Shown here in pieces: positions 32,480-44,025 of a stretch of DNA of 45,339 nt. Source of the DNA: Craspedostauros australis. Taxonomy: Eukaryota. Numbering within the stretch: the first letter of the stretch is position 1; the number at the start of each line of letters is the position of its first letter. Location: NCBI GenBank assembly GCA_030167865.1, contig JALAGF010006507.1, positions 1 to 45,339 of the forward strand. Reading direction: 5' to 3'. The translations under genes were made by a program, and so were the position numbers. Under the pieces are notes generated by a model that did not search any database, was not told where the DNA came from, and saw only the letters and a list, made by a program, of their open reading frames with translations.

Positions 32480-32899
32480 GCTCGTCGGCTGTGATTGCAG
32501 TGGCAATATCAATGGCGATGGCAATGCACAGAATAATGTGTAATACTTGTACAGATAATCTATTATTGAATTAAGAATGGGTGATATGGCGCTCTGCATT
32601 TCGACTCCGCTATTCATGATTAAGAGTTGCACCGAGTCCCGTGATACTTGTTCGAACGAATCAACGACGAGATGCGTGGAAACAAGGCACAAAAATGACA
32701 AGCGTGGGCAACGAACGACACGAGGACAACCGTTCCACGTCTGTTGGATGTTCGCCGCTGTTGGGATCAGTCTGGCGCCATTCCATCCCCATACGAGCAC
32801 CATCACCATTGATGCTATACAATACATAGCACAGCATAGCATAGCATAACATAGGCAGAACAAGAAGGATCACAAAGGAGAGAAAGAAAGAAAGAAAGG

Positions 32900-35800
32900 A
32901 TGGCGAGAGCAGCAGGTGGAAAGAAGGCAGCGCCGAAGGCAGCATCGGCGGATGCCTCCACCATCGCTCCTCCCACCGCGACGCGCGTGATCCTGCCGTC
33001 TGTGGACAATTCTTCGACGGTGGCCTCGGATCCAAAGCTCCTGCTGGATGCCTTCGATGCCTTTGCCTCCTCTTCCATGCGACAGGCAAAGTCGCAGTCG
33101 AGGTCTCAATCGCAGTCACAAGCCCAGGCAGCATCAGCAGGAGCAACGCTGGTGACCATGCCACCACACACGCAGCAGCCTCACCAATCAGCCAGCATCG
33201 ACCCCATCGCGTTCTTGAACAAGTACTACAAGACGGAGGCCATGCTGGTGGCCATGCTGCCCGACATCCAACAGGCTGTCGCGGAGCGCATGGACCGCCT
33301 GGATGACCGCATCACCGGCGCATTGCAACGCCAATCGGAGACTGCGGAGGCCACGCAGAAGCACGTGCAGGATGCCAAGGTCAGCGTCGTCAGCCTCGAG
33401 CAGCGCATCCGCCAGGTCAAGCACAAGGCGTCGCAGAGTGAGAAGGCTGTGCGGGAGATCACCAAAGACATGAAGCGGTTGGATTGCGCCAAGCGCCATC
33501 TGCAACGCACCATCACCTCGCTCAAGCAGCTGCACATGCTCATTCATGCGGTCGAGCAGCTGCGCCTGTCATGCCTGCAACGTCCCTACCCCGACTACCG
33601 CAACGCCGCCAACCTCGTGGACGCGACCCGTCTCTTGCTCAACTACTTCGAAGCGTACACCAACAAGGTCGAACCCATGCGTCTTCTGTCCCAAAAGATC
33701 ACGGACTTGCAGGTTCAGCTGCGTCTCGAGCTCATCCACGGCTTTCGGTTGGTGGCCTTCGGTCCAGCACGCACGGCGGAGCTGGAAGAAGCGGAGCAGA
33801 AGCTTGCAAAGAAGAAGGGCATCAAATCCTTCCCAACGCGCGTCGTCTTGTCGGACGACCGCGAAGGTGGCGACGAACAGAAGGTGCAGGCTGCCGAAGA
33901 CAACAACGACGACGGGGCCAACAACATGACGCCGGATGTCATGGCCGGCGGCGCCCTCATGATCGACGCGCTGGGCGACACCGTCCGTCGGGATTTCATT
34001 CGCACATTCGCGCAGGACCACCTTTCCGAATACCGCAAGCTCTTCCAGCCGTCCAGCAAGAAGCAAGTCAAGGAACAAAAGATCGTCTCCAGCTTCAAAC
34101 CGCAGCCGGAGGCACCGCCGCCGCCCAAGACGGATGCTTGCTTGGAGCTCATCGACAAGCGATTTGCGTGGTTCCGTGCGTTGCTGCAAAACTTGCAACA
34201 AACCTATCCGCAAGTGTTTCCGCTCTATTGGAATTTGCAATACTCCGTCACCGTGCTATTTCTGCAATACGTGAGTGCCCCTATCGTGCTCAACTATGAC
34301 GGTTGACCGTTGTCCTCTGTTGCTTTTGGACTTAGCTGCGTTTGGATTTGACCACGTTTGGATTTGATACATTGCTTTCTCGCGTTGGATCCGGCTAACA
34401 CACTCCACTTCATTGACTTGCTGCGCACTGTTGTTGCTTTTTTGGCATGGACAACGAATCAAACGCAACACGAAATTGCAATCAATCGATCTCATTCAAC
34501 AAATTCACCATCGCGCAGACCCGCAACCACATTCTCGCTTTGCTCCGAGGTGGGCCCACCAAAGATCCAGATTCATCGAACGCCACCATCTTGCTGAAGG
34601 CCTTGCAAAAGACGCTTCTGTTTGAGAAGGAAATGATGGCCGTCCTGCAGCGTGATTACAGCGTCACCTTCGTGGATCCCAATGAGAAGGAGGAAGCGGC
34701 AGCTTCGGCTCCGAACATGAAGGCTCCACCACAGCCACCCTCCGTCGCATCGGTCGTTCCAAAGACGAAGCTTCCAGGCGCTGCAGGCGCGGCATCGTCA
34801 AAATCACCCAAGGACGATGGAAAGGCAACGACAGAACATCTGCCTGTCAAACCACTGTTTGGCATTGCGTCCTGCGCGTACGACAATCACATGGGCCCCT
34901 ACATCGCATTGGAGGAATCTAGCATGGACGAGCAGCTCGTCGAGGCTCTGGAGGACAGGACCGTCGACACCCGTGGCGAGCTCCCTGTCTTCACCACGTC
35001 CACCAAGCTCTTCGTCTACATCAAGGGCAGCATCACGCGATGCACAGCCCTCACCAAAGGCAACGCATTCTTCCTCCTGCATCAGGCCTTCCAGGATTCC
35101 CTGCAAAAGTTCGCGCAGGTTCTGTCCAGCAAGCTACCGCCGCCCGTGACGCAGAGCAATTCCGTCGGTGGTCTCAACCTGGCGAATGTGCAATTCGGAA
35201 AGCAGGAAGCCACGCCCTCGCAGGCGGCATCGTACAAGGTACCGAAGGGCGAAGAGGTCACCGTGTGCCAAGTCATCGCCACGTGCGAGTACTGCGCTGA
35301 CACAGTGGAGGCACTGGAGGATCTCATCCGCGACACCATCGACGAGCCGTTCAAGTCTAAGATTGACATGATGAATCAGCAGGAGGCATTCCATGAGATC
35401 ACCGCCAAATCCATCCGCGTGCTCGTCTCGGGTCTCGAGAACCGCCTGGAGGATGCTCTCAAGATGATGTCCTCAGTCAATTGGGGAGCATTCGACGAGG
35501 TCGGTGAGGAGAGTGATTACGTGCGTTACATGCACAAGGAGATCCAGCCCTACGTCACCACAGCCAGAGGCAATATCCCGACCGTCTACTTCCGCAGTTT
35601 CTGCGACAAGTTCGCCATGCTCTTCACCCAGACCTACTACGATTCCTTGATCCGTCTCAAGCGCATCAGCGAGGCAGGTACGCAGCAGCTGTTGCTTGAC
35701 GTATACAACCTCAAAACCCTCTTCCTCAAGCTGCCCGTTTTGGAAACGGCCGCCGCCAGCGCCATGCGTGGCAAATCCATGCCGGCCGGATCCACCATCG

Positions 35801-36165
35801 CACCAGCCATGTACACCAAGATGGTGCAGAAGCAATTCAAGAGGGTCGAAACGCTCCTCAAGCTCACCGGCACCCCGACCGACATGCTCATCGACGTCTT
35901 CCGCGTCCAGTGGGTGGGCGGCTCCGCGCTGGACCTGCAGACCGTCATGTCTCTGAAGGGAATCAAGCGCACCGACCAGGCATCCATGTTGGAGAAGTTC
36001 GGTCTCGACCCTGTGACGGCGCTCAAGGGTGCCACCGTCAACGTGACATCTGCCACCATCGTATCCGAACGCTTCCAGGCCGTGCAAGATCAAGCATCGA
36101 AGGTCAATCATGATTTCAGTTCCATGAAGATCAACTTCGATAAGTTCCGAAAGAATTTCACTTAG
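32900..36165 (+). CDS. VPS53: Vacuolar protein sorting 53 (GARP/EARP subunit); 2 exons (32900-34270, 34519-36165), about 1005 aa
   Basis: Motifs DPIAFLNKYY, KASQSEKAVREITKDMKRLDCAKRHLQRTITSLKQLHML, IDKRFAWFR, LLKALQKTLLFEKEM, TCEYCADT, VGEESDYV and GTQQLLLDVYNLKTL. Confidence 0.95.
34271..34518 (+). other. Spliceosomal intron, 248 bp
   Basis: TAC|GTGAGT ... GCGCAG|ACC; phase 0 join of FLQY-TRNH. Confidence 0.9.
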
Positions 36166-36470
36166 ACTCGCATTATAGAGGAGGGCAAGGAGAACACAGA
36201 AAGAGCAAGAGAAAAGGAGAAAGAGAGAGAGCATTCAGAGTAGAGTATCACAATAAACACGACATGTACATGCACTCGTACCATGCATTGGAGTTCTGGA
36301 GTTTGGACAGTACGGGAGGCATGGCGCTTTGTTGTGTTTGAGTCGTTGCTTGTGCTATTAGTAATCGATGATCGCAAGGACGTCTTCGGGCCAAACCAGC
36401 CTTCACATTACTCCCCAGAGAGAAAGAGAGAGAGAGACTACCTATGTCTATCCCTACTCGTAGCTTCAGG

Positions 36471-38552
36471 TTACCTCTTGCGACGTTTACCCTTCCTATT
36501 CTGCTTGTCAAACCGCGGCGTCGTATCGATCGTGGAACGCTTGATGGGTGGCGCCTTCTTATTGTTGCTGCCCGACTTCTTGAGCTGCAGCATCCAATCC
36601 TCGACTTCGCAACCGCTCTGCTTCATGACGTTGGCGATCGTGCGCAGATTCTCGAAATCCGCCTCGGTGAACATGGTGATGGCTCGCCCCGATCGTCCCG
36701 CACGTCCGGTGCGCCCGATGCGATGCACGTAGGTGATGCCCGACGTCGGCAGATCGTAGTTGATGACCATCCGCACCGCACGGAAATCGACACCTCGTGC
36801 CACGAGATCTGTGCAGATGAGGACCCAGGTTTCGCCCTTGCGAAATCGCGCGACGGCTGTGTCACGGGCGGTTTTGGATCTGCCGGCGTGAATGACATCG
36901 ACGTGGATGCCATCGTAGAGGAGTTCGGAGAAGAGGGCCTGGGCGCGTTCCTTGCTTTGGACGAAGACGATGGCGGGGGGTTTGAGTTCGCCGCGTTGAA
37001 CGATCTGGCGCATGGCGAGGAGCTTGCCGTCCTCGCGGCCGACGAACATGAGCTTCTGGTCGATGCTGGTGTTGGCTCCGCCGTAGCTACCAGGTGCTGC
37101 GATCTTTAGATCGATGGGGTTGCGAAGGATGGATTCGGCCAGAGATTTGACGGTGCTCGTGACTGTGGCTGAGAACAAGGCTCGCACGGCAGTCGCAGGC
37201 ACGGCGTGCAAGATGACATCCATTTGGGCCAGGAAGGAATGCGATTGAGACGATCCCGATTTGTAGAGAGTTGCACTCGTTCTCTGCTTGTCGTTGTCGT
37301 TGTTGCTGTTGCCGTCGCTGTCACTGTTTCCACCGCTGTTATTATCAGAGTCATTGGTGTTAGAGTCACTGTCACTGTCACCTCCGTTGTCCTTTTTGTC
37401 GTCACTGCCTTTGTTGTTGTTGCTGCTGCTGTTGTTGCTGTTGTTGTTGCCACCGTTGATGAGGGCATGTGTTTTGCCATCGGCAGCATCGAGCAGCCGA
37501 TCCGCCTCATCTAGTACGACCATACGAGCAGAATCCAGGCGGAGACCCTTTTCGATGGCATCCACCAACCGCAAGGGCGTTGCGACGAGGACATCGATGC
37601 CGTTCTTGCCACCTGCCGTGCCAGAAATGATATGCGAGACGTTCGACTTGGACAACAGATGCGCAGATATACCACCGACCTTGCCAATTCCCAAACGCTC
37701 TACTTCACGATGCAGCTGGGTTGCCAGCTCTCGAGCAGGTGCCAAGATGAGGACACGGATTTCGCCTTCTCTGCCAGATTTGGATTGCTCATTCTTTGTG
37801 GATGCTTTGGCTTTCTTGCTCTTCTTCTTCTTCTTTTTGCTGGATTGTTGCTGCTGGTCCTGATCCTGCTCCTGCTGTTGTGTATTGTAGTACACGTTGT
37901 GAGGTGCGCTGCTGAGAAAGAGCGCAGGGATGATGAAGGCACCTGACTTTCCACTTCCCGTCGGTGCTGCACCGATGACATCCCTGCGTTCCAACAGACC
38001 CGGTATGCTCTGCATCTGGATGGGCGTTGGTTCCTTCCACTTGCCAAGTTCAATGTTGCGTTGAGTGGCACGACGTACACCCTGAAAGATGGATTCGGCC
38101 CCGTCCTGCTGCGGTTGATGTTCCTGCTGGTGCTGGTGTTCTTGCCACCACGATGGAGACTGAATGTCCTGAAAGGCAGCAATCGGATCTGGCAGATCCG
38201 GATCATGCTTGTTCGCCACTCGAATGACCATCGATCTGCGGAAGGCAGCAATCTCCTCCTTGTGGATCTGCTTGCGTTTGGCATCGCTCATGTCGCGCTT
38301 TCCTGTTCGATCTCTGCTTGCCATTCTGCCTTCCTCTTCATTCTGGCTGAAGTGATCGTCGCTGCCATGGCTCTGATGTTCATCATCATCCTCGTCATCG
38401 TCGTTGTCATCGTTGTCATGGGCTCGCTTTCGTGATGTCACAGCTTCTTCCTCATCATCCTGTTGCTGCTGCTGCCTTCGGCTCCTCTTGCCTTTCCGAT
38501 TGGACTTGTCGAACCTTGCGGACGATGACAAGATGTTGAAGAGCTCATCCAT
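36471..38552 (-). CDS. ROK1: DEAD-box RNA helicase ROK1/DDX52
   Basis: N-terminal MDELFNILSSSARFDK, then EPTPIQMQ, APTGSGKS, PARELA, TPLRL, DEAD, FSAT, IDQKLMFVGREDGKL, PPAIVFVQSKERA, ARGVDF and YVHRIGRTGRAGR. Confidence 0.95.
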   Translation of the reverse strand: MDELFNILSSSARFDKSNRKGKRSRRQQQQQDDEEEAVTSRKRAHDNDDNDDDEDDDEHQSHGSDDHFSQNEEEGRMASRDRTGKRDMSDAKRKQIHKEEIAAFRRSMVIRVANKHDPDLPDPIAAFQDIQSPSWWQEHQHQQEHQPQQDGAESIFQGVRRATQRNIELGKWKEPTPIQMQSIPGLLERRDVIGAAPTGSGKSGAFIIPALFLSSAPHNVYYNTQQQEQDQDQQQQSSKKKKKKSKKAKASTKNEQSKSGREGEIRVLILAPARELATQLHREVERLGIGKVGGISAHLLSKSNVSHIISGTAGGKNGIDVLVATPLRLVDAIEKGLRLDSARMVVLDEADRLLDAADGKTHALINGGNNNSNNSSSNNNKGSDDKKDNGGDSDSDSNTNDSDNNSGGNSDSDGNSNNDNDKQRTSATLYKSGSSQSHSFLAQMDVILHAVPATAVRALFSATVTSTVKSLAESILRNPIDLKIAAPGSYGGANTSIDQKLMFVGREDGKLLAMRQIVQRGELKPPAIVFVQSKERAQALFSELLYDGIHVDVIHAGRSKTARDTAVARFRKGETWVLICTDLVARGVDFRAVRMVINYDLPTSGITYVHRIGRTGRAGRSGRAITMFTEADFENLRTIANVMKQSGCEVEDWMLQLKKSGSNNKKAPPIKRSTIDTTPRFDKQNRKGKRRKR

Positions 38553-39425
38553 GATAACTTAGAGTATGGGTTCGCTCAACGTGGAATTGAGCAGTCCAGA
38601 ATAGGCAGATCCACGCTGGGTGATCGTGAAGTCAGTGCCGATGCCTCCTCGGAGCGCCGATTTCGTTCCGATCGAGTACGCTACCACTGCTTTGGGTGAT
38701 AATCGTGGAGATGTTTTATGCTGTGGTGTGGTGGTGTGATTTGTGACAACTGCGCCAGGGGCTGCAGTTGATGGGTGTTGTTGTGATCGATTCTGATTGT
38801 CACCAACAACAAACAACGACAAAAATCGTGTCAAGTTCGCATCCATGTGGTTTGTGAGCATCGCCATTTTGGTTGGTCGGAGACCGAATGCCGGTTTCCA
38901 GAATCGGAGGAGTCGCAAACACATGTAATTCCTCATCGCATCGCTACTTCCACGATCCAGGTCTGGAATTCAGTCCGGTCAAGGGTGTGACAGACATTCC
39001 TCGCGTTGGTTTTGCACGGAGAAGCACCAGAGGAACTGGCGAGAGGCTATGTCCTAACTTCGCCACTCACATTTTGGATGCCTCTCACAACATCCTTGGC
39101 ACACGAAAAGCTTCCTCGTTTCGCACAAACACACACACAAAGGCGAAAGAAAACCGAAAGCAAGCGCGCAAATCAAACCCAAACCAAACGACACATTATT
39201 ATTACACACGACACAATACAACACAGACACCCCACGCAACACGATAGCACAACACCGGCGACAACACGATTGAGTGACGCCTCGTTTTTGGTCGCCGGGA
39301 CGTCCACACATTGTTTCGCGCTGCGCCATCCGCACAAACCCATTCAATAATCTACCCATTGTTCGTTCGTTGAAGAACATTCAACACCAACCATCATCGC
39401 TACCATCAAGTCATCCAACGCCACC

Positions 39426-40619
39426 ATGTCGCCGCAGAAGGACGGCGAGGAACACCACCGCCGGTTGGAAGAAATCCAACGCGCTATGACAGATGTATCG
39501 GTCGGGGCAACGGGCGGCCATGGTGTCAGTGACTCCCGCATCCTCCCGACACTCTTGGAACCTCCACGCCGACAGCAGCAACATCAACGCAATGGCAATC
39601 GCAGTCATCATGATCGCAAGCATCGCCATCGTCGTGCGGCGAGACCAACACCATCAGGCTCTATTGATCGCACTGGCTCCAAGGAACGCAAAATTCCCAC
39701 CACCGCCACAAATACCACAAGCAGCAACAGCAACAGCAACAGCAACAACGACAACGACATCAATACGAAGGACATTATCAACATCGATACTCGCACGAAG
39801 GACAGTATCAACATCAACAGCAGCAGCGACAACGAAACCCTCACTCCAACCGCAGTGGACGACAGCGACAAGAAGCAGAACACCAACGTCGCCGCTAAAA
39901 TGAAGCTCATCGTGCGTTCCAAGTATTGGGGTCGTACATTGGAGGGCCGCACGCTCCCCAATCACAACCACGTCAAGGTCCTGTCGGCTCAGGCCTTCAT
40001 CCACAAGACTGGCCCGTACTGGGGATGCTGCCCGCAGCAGGGTTCGCGTGTACTCGAGCTCACCAACGAGCATTTCCTCGAAGAGCACGCAGGGGCTTGG
40101 GAATTGCACCGCCTTGCTGATCAGACCTTCTGGTTGGCCCCGAGCGGAGGCATGCACACGACCCCGCTGGGCATCGTCATGGCAGAGTCTGCCCTGGAGG
40201 ATCTGGGCACCCTGCTGGGCCCCTACTTTCAGATTTTGCAGCACGTGCATGTGCAGATCGTCATGCAGCGCGCGACCGACAAGGAGATGACGCGCAAGAG
40301 CAAGGCGTCGAAGGAGGCGGAGAGCCGCGACACCGATGCCACCAGCACGTCCACGGAATCACGATCCGTGCAAAGCGTGCGTTGGCAGCCACCGCCACCC
40401 AACGCCTATGTGGGCTGGTCGCACTTGGGGTACCTCACGCAACCGCCGCAGCCGCCGCCGCCACCACCGCAGCGCTTTGCGGCTTTCCAGCAAGCGCAGT
40501 ACCATCCCATGTACGCCCATCCGCAGTGCATCTGGGTGGATGATATGAACTTGTATCCGTACATGGGGAATTGGGATGGCCAGCACCACCCCTACAATGG
40601 ACATTACATGTCCGGTTAA
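39426..40619 (+). CDS. Hypothetical protein: disordered N-terminus, ordered core of about 125 aa, P/Q/Y-rich C-terminus
   Basis: 397-aa ORF starting in ccaccATG context with C/G-ending codon bias in the core. No family recognised. Confidence 0.75.
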   Translation: MSPQKDGEEHHRRLEEIQRAMTDVSVGATGGHGVSDSRILPTLLEPPRRQQQHQRNGNRSHHDRKHRHRRAARPTPSGSIDRTGSKERKIPTTATNTTSSNSNSNSNNDNDINTKDIINIDTRTKDSININSSSDNETLTPTAVDDSDKKQNTNVAAKMKLIVRSKYWGRTLEGRTLPNHNHVKVLSAQAFIHKTGPYWGCCPQQGSRVLELTNEHFLEEHAGAWELHRLADQTFWLAPSGGMHTTPLGIVMAESALEDLGTLLGPYFQILQHVHVQIVMQRATDKEMTRKSKASKEAESRDTDATSTSTESRSVQSVRWQPPPPNAYVGWSHLGYLTQPPQPPPPPPQRFAAFQQAQYHPMYAHPQCIWVDDMNLYPYMGNWDGQHHPYNGHYMSG

Positions 40620-40796
40620 CACTTGCACACAGACACCCGAATCCTAAAACCCACGCACAAAGACACATGCCCTATTGACAATACGACTTGAATTAAACTC
40701 AATTCACCACAAGCTCATAATAAACTATTATAGTAGAATACTCATAATAATAATAATGTTAACAAACAACCATACATGCGTAATTGTCGTGACAAC

Positions 40797-43220
40797 TCAG
40801 TACAGCTTCTGCTTCTTCATGCTGATCTTGACGACGATGGTGGCGAAAAAGGAGACGACGCCCACGATGGCGCCGGCACCCAAGGTCAGCAGGCCTGGTC
40901 GCTTGTTGGAGTAACGGAACAGCGAGACACCGACGTCGTTGCTCCAGTACGGTTCCGTGTACATGGCGCTGATGCCGGCGTCGTTCGCATCAATCTCGAA
41001 GAATCCGGGCTGCTTGTTGACGGCGGGAACGAAGGCCTCGTCGACTGCCTGGTGGAAGTGCGCTCGTGTGCACACGCAGACGTTGTTGTTGGCGGAGCAT
41101 GTGGCAGAGTCTCCGTACGCGGCGCAGTATCCGACCTCCGCACAATCAGAGGCCTTTTTGCAGGATACGGCTTCCACCTCGTTGCCATCCTCGTCGATCA
41201 TGGCACCGCGGCCCAAGAAGTCATGCAGCATGTTGCGCAGAGCGAGTTCCAGCATGCGCGGCTGGATGCCGATGGCATCGGTGCTCTTCTTGCCGTAATC
41301 CTCGCCGTTGTAGTTGCCATAGACCTTGTCTCCGACCTGCGCGAATGGCTGTCCGTAGCTCATGCTGTAGATGCTGACGTAGTAGTTGGGCGGGGTGCCG
41401 AGCTGTTCTCCGGACTGGATGTTGAAGCCCGTGCGCGAACGTTCGTTGGCTGCCTCCATCGACGCGTGCTTCTTGATCATGCTGCAGCTTCCATCGTCGA
41501 AGAGGCAGTCGGCGAGTTCGACAAGCAGTTCGTCGTCGTAGGAAAGGGCGGGGATGAGGTTGGCTGCGTACTGGGAGGCTGTGTCTGAGTCGAAGCTGCC
41601 ATCGTCGTATGCGGCAGCAATGGCAGCACGCGCCATGATGGTCGCGGAAGCGGCCAATGCCTTGAAGTTCATTTGGATGTTGTCCACGGTGTTGAGATGG
41701 GATTGGTACGGAGGACGCTTCGTGAATCTGTAGTCATATCCCGTGAGCACGGCACCATCGATCGCTCCTCCCGTGAGGGACAGCAACGAGGTCAGGGGTG
41801 TTGGTGGGTAGGGAAATCCGTCGCCGTTGTTGTTTTCTCCTGCCACAGATGCGATGGGGGTGTAGGTGTTCGTGTACGTGGCCTTGAGGACGTTGGCGAG
41901 GAAGGCACCGAAGGTTCCGTCGTTGCCCTCATTGTGAACGAACAAGTTGTCATCCGCGAGGGGATATCCGACCTGGTCCACCGTGAGCATGCCAGCGATT
42001 TGGCCAATGTCCTGGAACTTGAGACTGTGCCTCATGGGATAGAGACATCCCTTCTGCGAGTCCTCGTTCTCGGAAACAGATGGCACGGTGAGATCATCAT
42101 CGCACTGGAAGTTGATGACGTCGTTGAGGAAGCTGCGGGAGCCGATGAATCCGTAGGAATCGCCCTGGAAGAACCCAAAGACGATGCGATTTGGCAACGC
42201 ATCGAGGGTGGCGTCGTCGGCGTACTTGCCGATGAGGTTGGCAGCCATCAGGAGCGTGAGGGTGTTGGATGCAGCTGTGTTTGCTCCTGGCGCCAAGTCA
42301 TGAAACATGGAGGTGGCATCGATGGCAGTGCCCACGACGACGGCAGGGCGACCATCGGCCTGCTGCTGCGCTTGATTTCCACCATCCTGATCGAGCTTAC
42401 GACCGTTGTTGTCACCATTGTCGTCGTTGTTTGCGTTTGCGTTTGCGTTTGCGTTCATGGGAGGAGATCCGGCGTAGGCCCAAACGCTGGTGCCACCGAG
42501 CGGGAGGCACTTTGGGTTCCATTCTTCATCAGCAGCGTCCTTCCAAGCGAGGCACTGTTCCGAGTTGGTGTTGTCCGGTCCCATGTAGTAGTTGAATTGC
42601 GCCAGGACGCTGGGCGAGCTGGAACCATCCTGGGCAGCATCACGCACAGCATCCGAGGTGTCTTGTTCGTTGACGTAGACCATGGGGATGCCGTACAGAT
42701 CGTAATTCGTCAGACTCTGTCCCTTCGCGTTCCATGGGAACTGGACGTTGCCGTATCCCAAGTTCGCGGACGGCGTGCCGTAGCCATTGGGGTACATGGG
42801 CGCTGGCGAGGTGTAGTCCTTCTTGTCCTCCGAGTCTTCGCTGTTGAGCACGACGATGCCCTGCAGGTAGCCGTTGGACTTGGCCTGCAGGAGAGCATCG
42901 AAGATGTCCTTCTCCAAGTCGAACTCTTCGATGACGGCCACGAAGTTCCCCTTGACGTTGATGTCATTGGATCCATCGTAGTACAGCAACGGCCCTTCCT
43001 GCACGTCGTGATCAGCGGTTCCGCATCCCAGGCGTCCGTTGCGATGGAAGAGCGTGACGCAAGGAGAATGCTCGAGGTTTCGCAGGGAGGATTGGAAGGG
43101 TTCATCGAAGGAAACCGATTTGGATGTCGCTTCCACGAGGGATGGCGTGAGGGAGGACAGCGCAGTCAGCCCCACGAGACCAAGTCCCACGAATGTCGAC
43201 GGCATGAATCTCCACATCAT
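40797..43220 (-). CDS. NCSTN: Nicastrin (gamma-secretase subunit)
   Basis: Signal peptide; PCVTLF..GRLGC; PWNAKGQSL; CLPLGGTSVW; IDATSMFHDLAPGA; FFQGDSYGFIGS (the DYIGS region); YPPTPLTS; YTEPYW; one C-terminal transmembrane helix. Confidence 0.95.
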   Translation of the reverse strand: MMWRFMPSTFVGLGLVGLTALSSLTPSLVEATSKSVSFDEPFQSSLRNLEHSPCVTLFHRNGRLGCGTADHDVQEGPLLYYDGSNDINVKGNFVAVIEEFDLEKDIFDALLQAKSNGYLQGIVVLNSEDSEDKKDYTSPAPMYPNGYGTPSANLGYGNVQFPWNAKGQSLTNYDLYGIPMVYVNEQDTSDAVRDAAQDGSSSPSVLAQFNYYMGPDNTNSEQCLAWKDAADEEWNPKCLPLGGTSVWAYAGSPPMNANANANANNDDNGDNNGRKLDQDGGNQAQQQADGRPAVVVGTAIDATSMFHDLAPGANTAASNTLTLLMAANLIGKYADDATLDALPNRIVFGFFQGDSYGFIGSRSFLNDVINFQCDDDLTVPSVSENEDSQKGCLYPMRHSLKFQDIGQIAGMLTVDQVGYPLADDNLFVHNEGNDGTFGAFLANVLKATYTNTYTPIASVAGENNNGDGFPYPPTPLTSLLSLTGGAIDGAVLTGYDYRFTKRPPYQSHLNTVDNIQMNFKALAASATIMARAAIAAAYDDGSFDSDTASQYAANLIPALSYDDELLVELADCLFDDGSCSMIKKHASMEAANERSRTGFNIQSGEQLGTPPNYYVSIYSMSYGQPFAQVGDKVYGNYNGEDYGKKSTDAIGIQPRMLELALRNMLHDFLGRGAMIDEDGNEVEAVSCKKASDCAEVGYCAAYGDSATCSANNNVCVCTRAHFHQAVDEAFVPAVNKQPGFFEIDANDAGISAMYTEPYWSNDVGVSLFRYSNKRPGLLTLGAGAIVGVVSFFATIVVKISMKKQKLY

Positions 43221-43294
43221 CTTGTCGTCCGTGCTCTATTATCGATTGAATTGTTGTTGAATGCGTTGTTGAATGCGGTATCTGATGTGATAGG

Positions 43295-43318
43295 TGAATG
43301 AATGAATGAATGAATGAA
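43295..43318 (+). repeat. (TGAA)6 microsatellite upstream of nicastrin
   Basis: Six perfect units. Confidence 0.95.
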
Positions 43319-44025
43319 GGCGGCTTTGGGTGTTTCAGCGCTTCGGCGGATGGTGACAACTCTGTGACTTTCTCTGCTTCTGCTTCTTCTGGCAGTCTGG
43401 GTCTGTGACGATAGAGCTCAATGCTATTGTTTGCTGCAAATGGTGCTGACAATGATGCTGACTGTGCTTCTGCGAGGTGTCGTCGAACCGGACCAACAGG
43501 TGAAGGGATCGCAGTTGAGATACGAGCTGATAGATGGAGACGGAGATGGAGAGGGAGAATGGCAGCATTGAAACGACGGCTTGGCGCGCCAAAGTTCAAT
43601 TTTGCCGTTTGTTTCTTCTCACGATACGGCTGCCACGATGCACACCGTTGTTGTCACGTTTTCTGCGCAATTTGAATTGATGGAGTTCGAAAAGACGTTG
43701 CGACCGTTAACAGAGACTTCTCAATCATGAGTGAGGCCAAATCACGAGTTCGAGGCGTTCGCGCCAAAAAAAGAGAAAGCGACCACACACGCGCGCCGCA
43801 GAACAAGACATGCCATCGCAGATTTGTGAGGAAAGATCTGGTTGTGTTGTCGACGATGACAACCATCGCCAGGACACGCAAAAAACCGTCCACAGTCACA
43901 AACGCAAAATCACATGCTGCACTCACAATCGCAACATCCGACGCAATACATCACAACATCCGACGCAACACATCACAACATACGAAATTGAACGAACAGA
44001 ACCAAAAGACCATTGTGACGACAAG

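Noticed and set aside
31052..32863. 603-aa minus-strand ORF
   Set aside because: It is the antisense shadow of the 31016-32479 gene, a common effect of C/G-ending codon bias.
41673..43301. 542-aa plus-strand ORF
   Set aside because: It is the antisense shadow of nicastrin.
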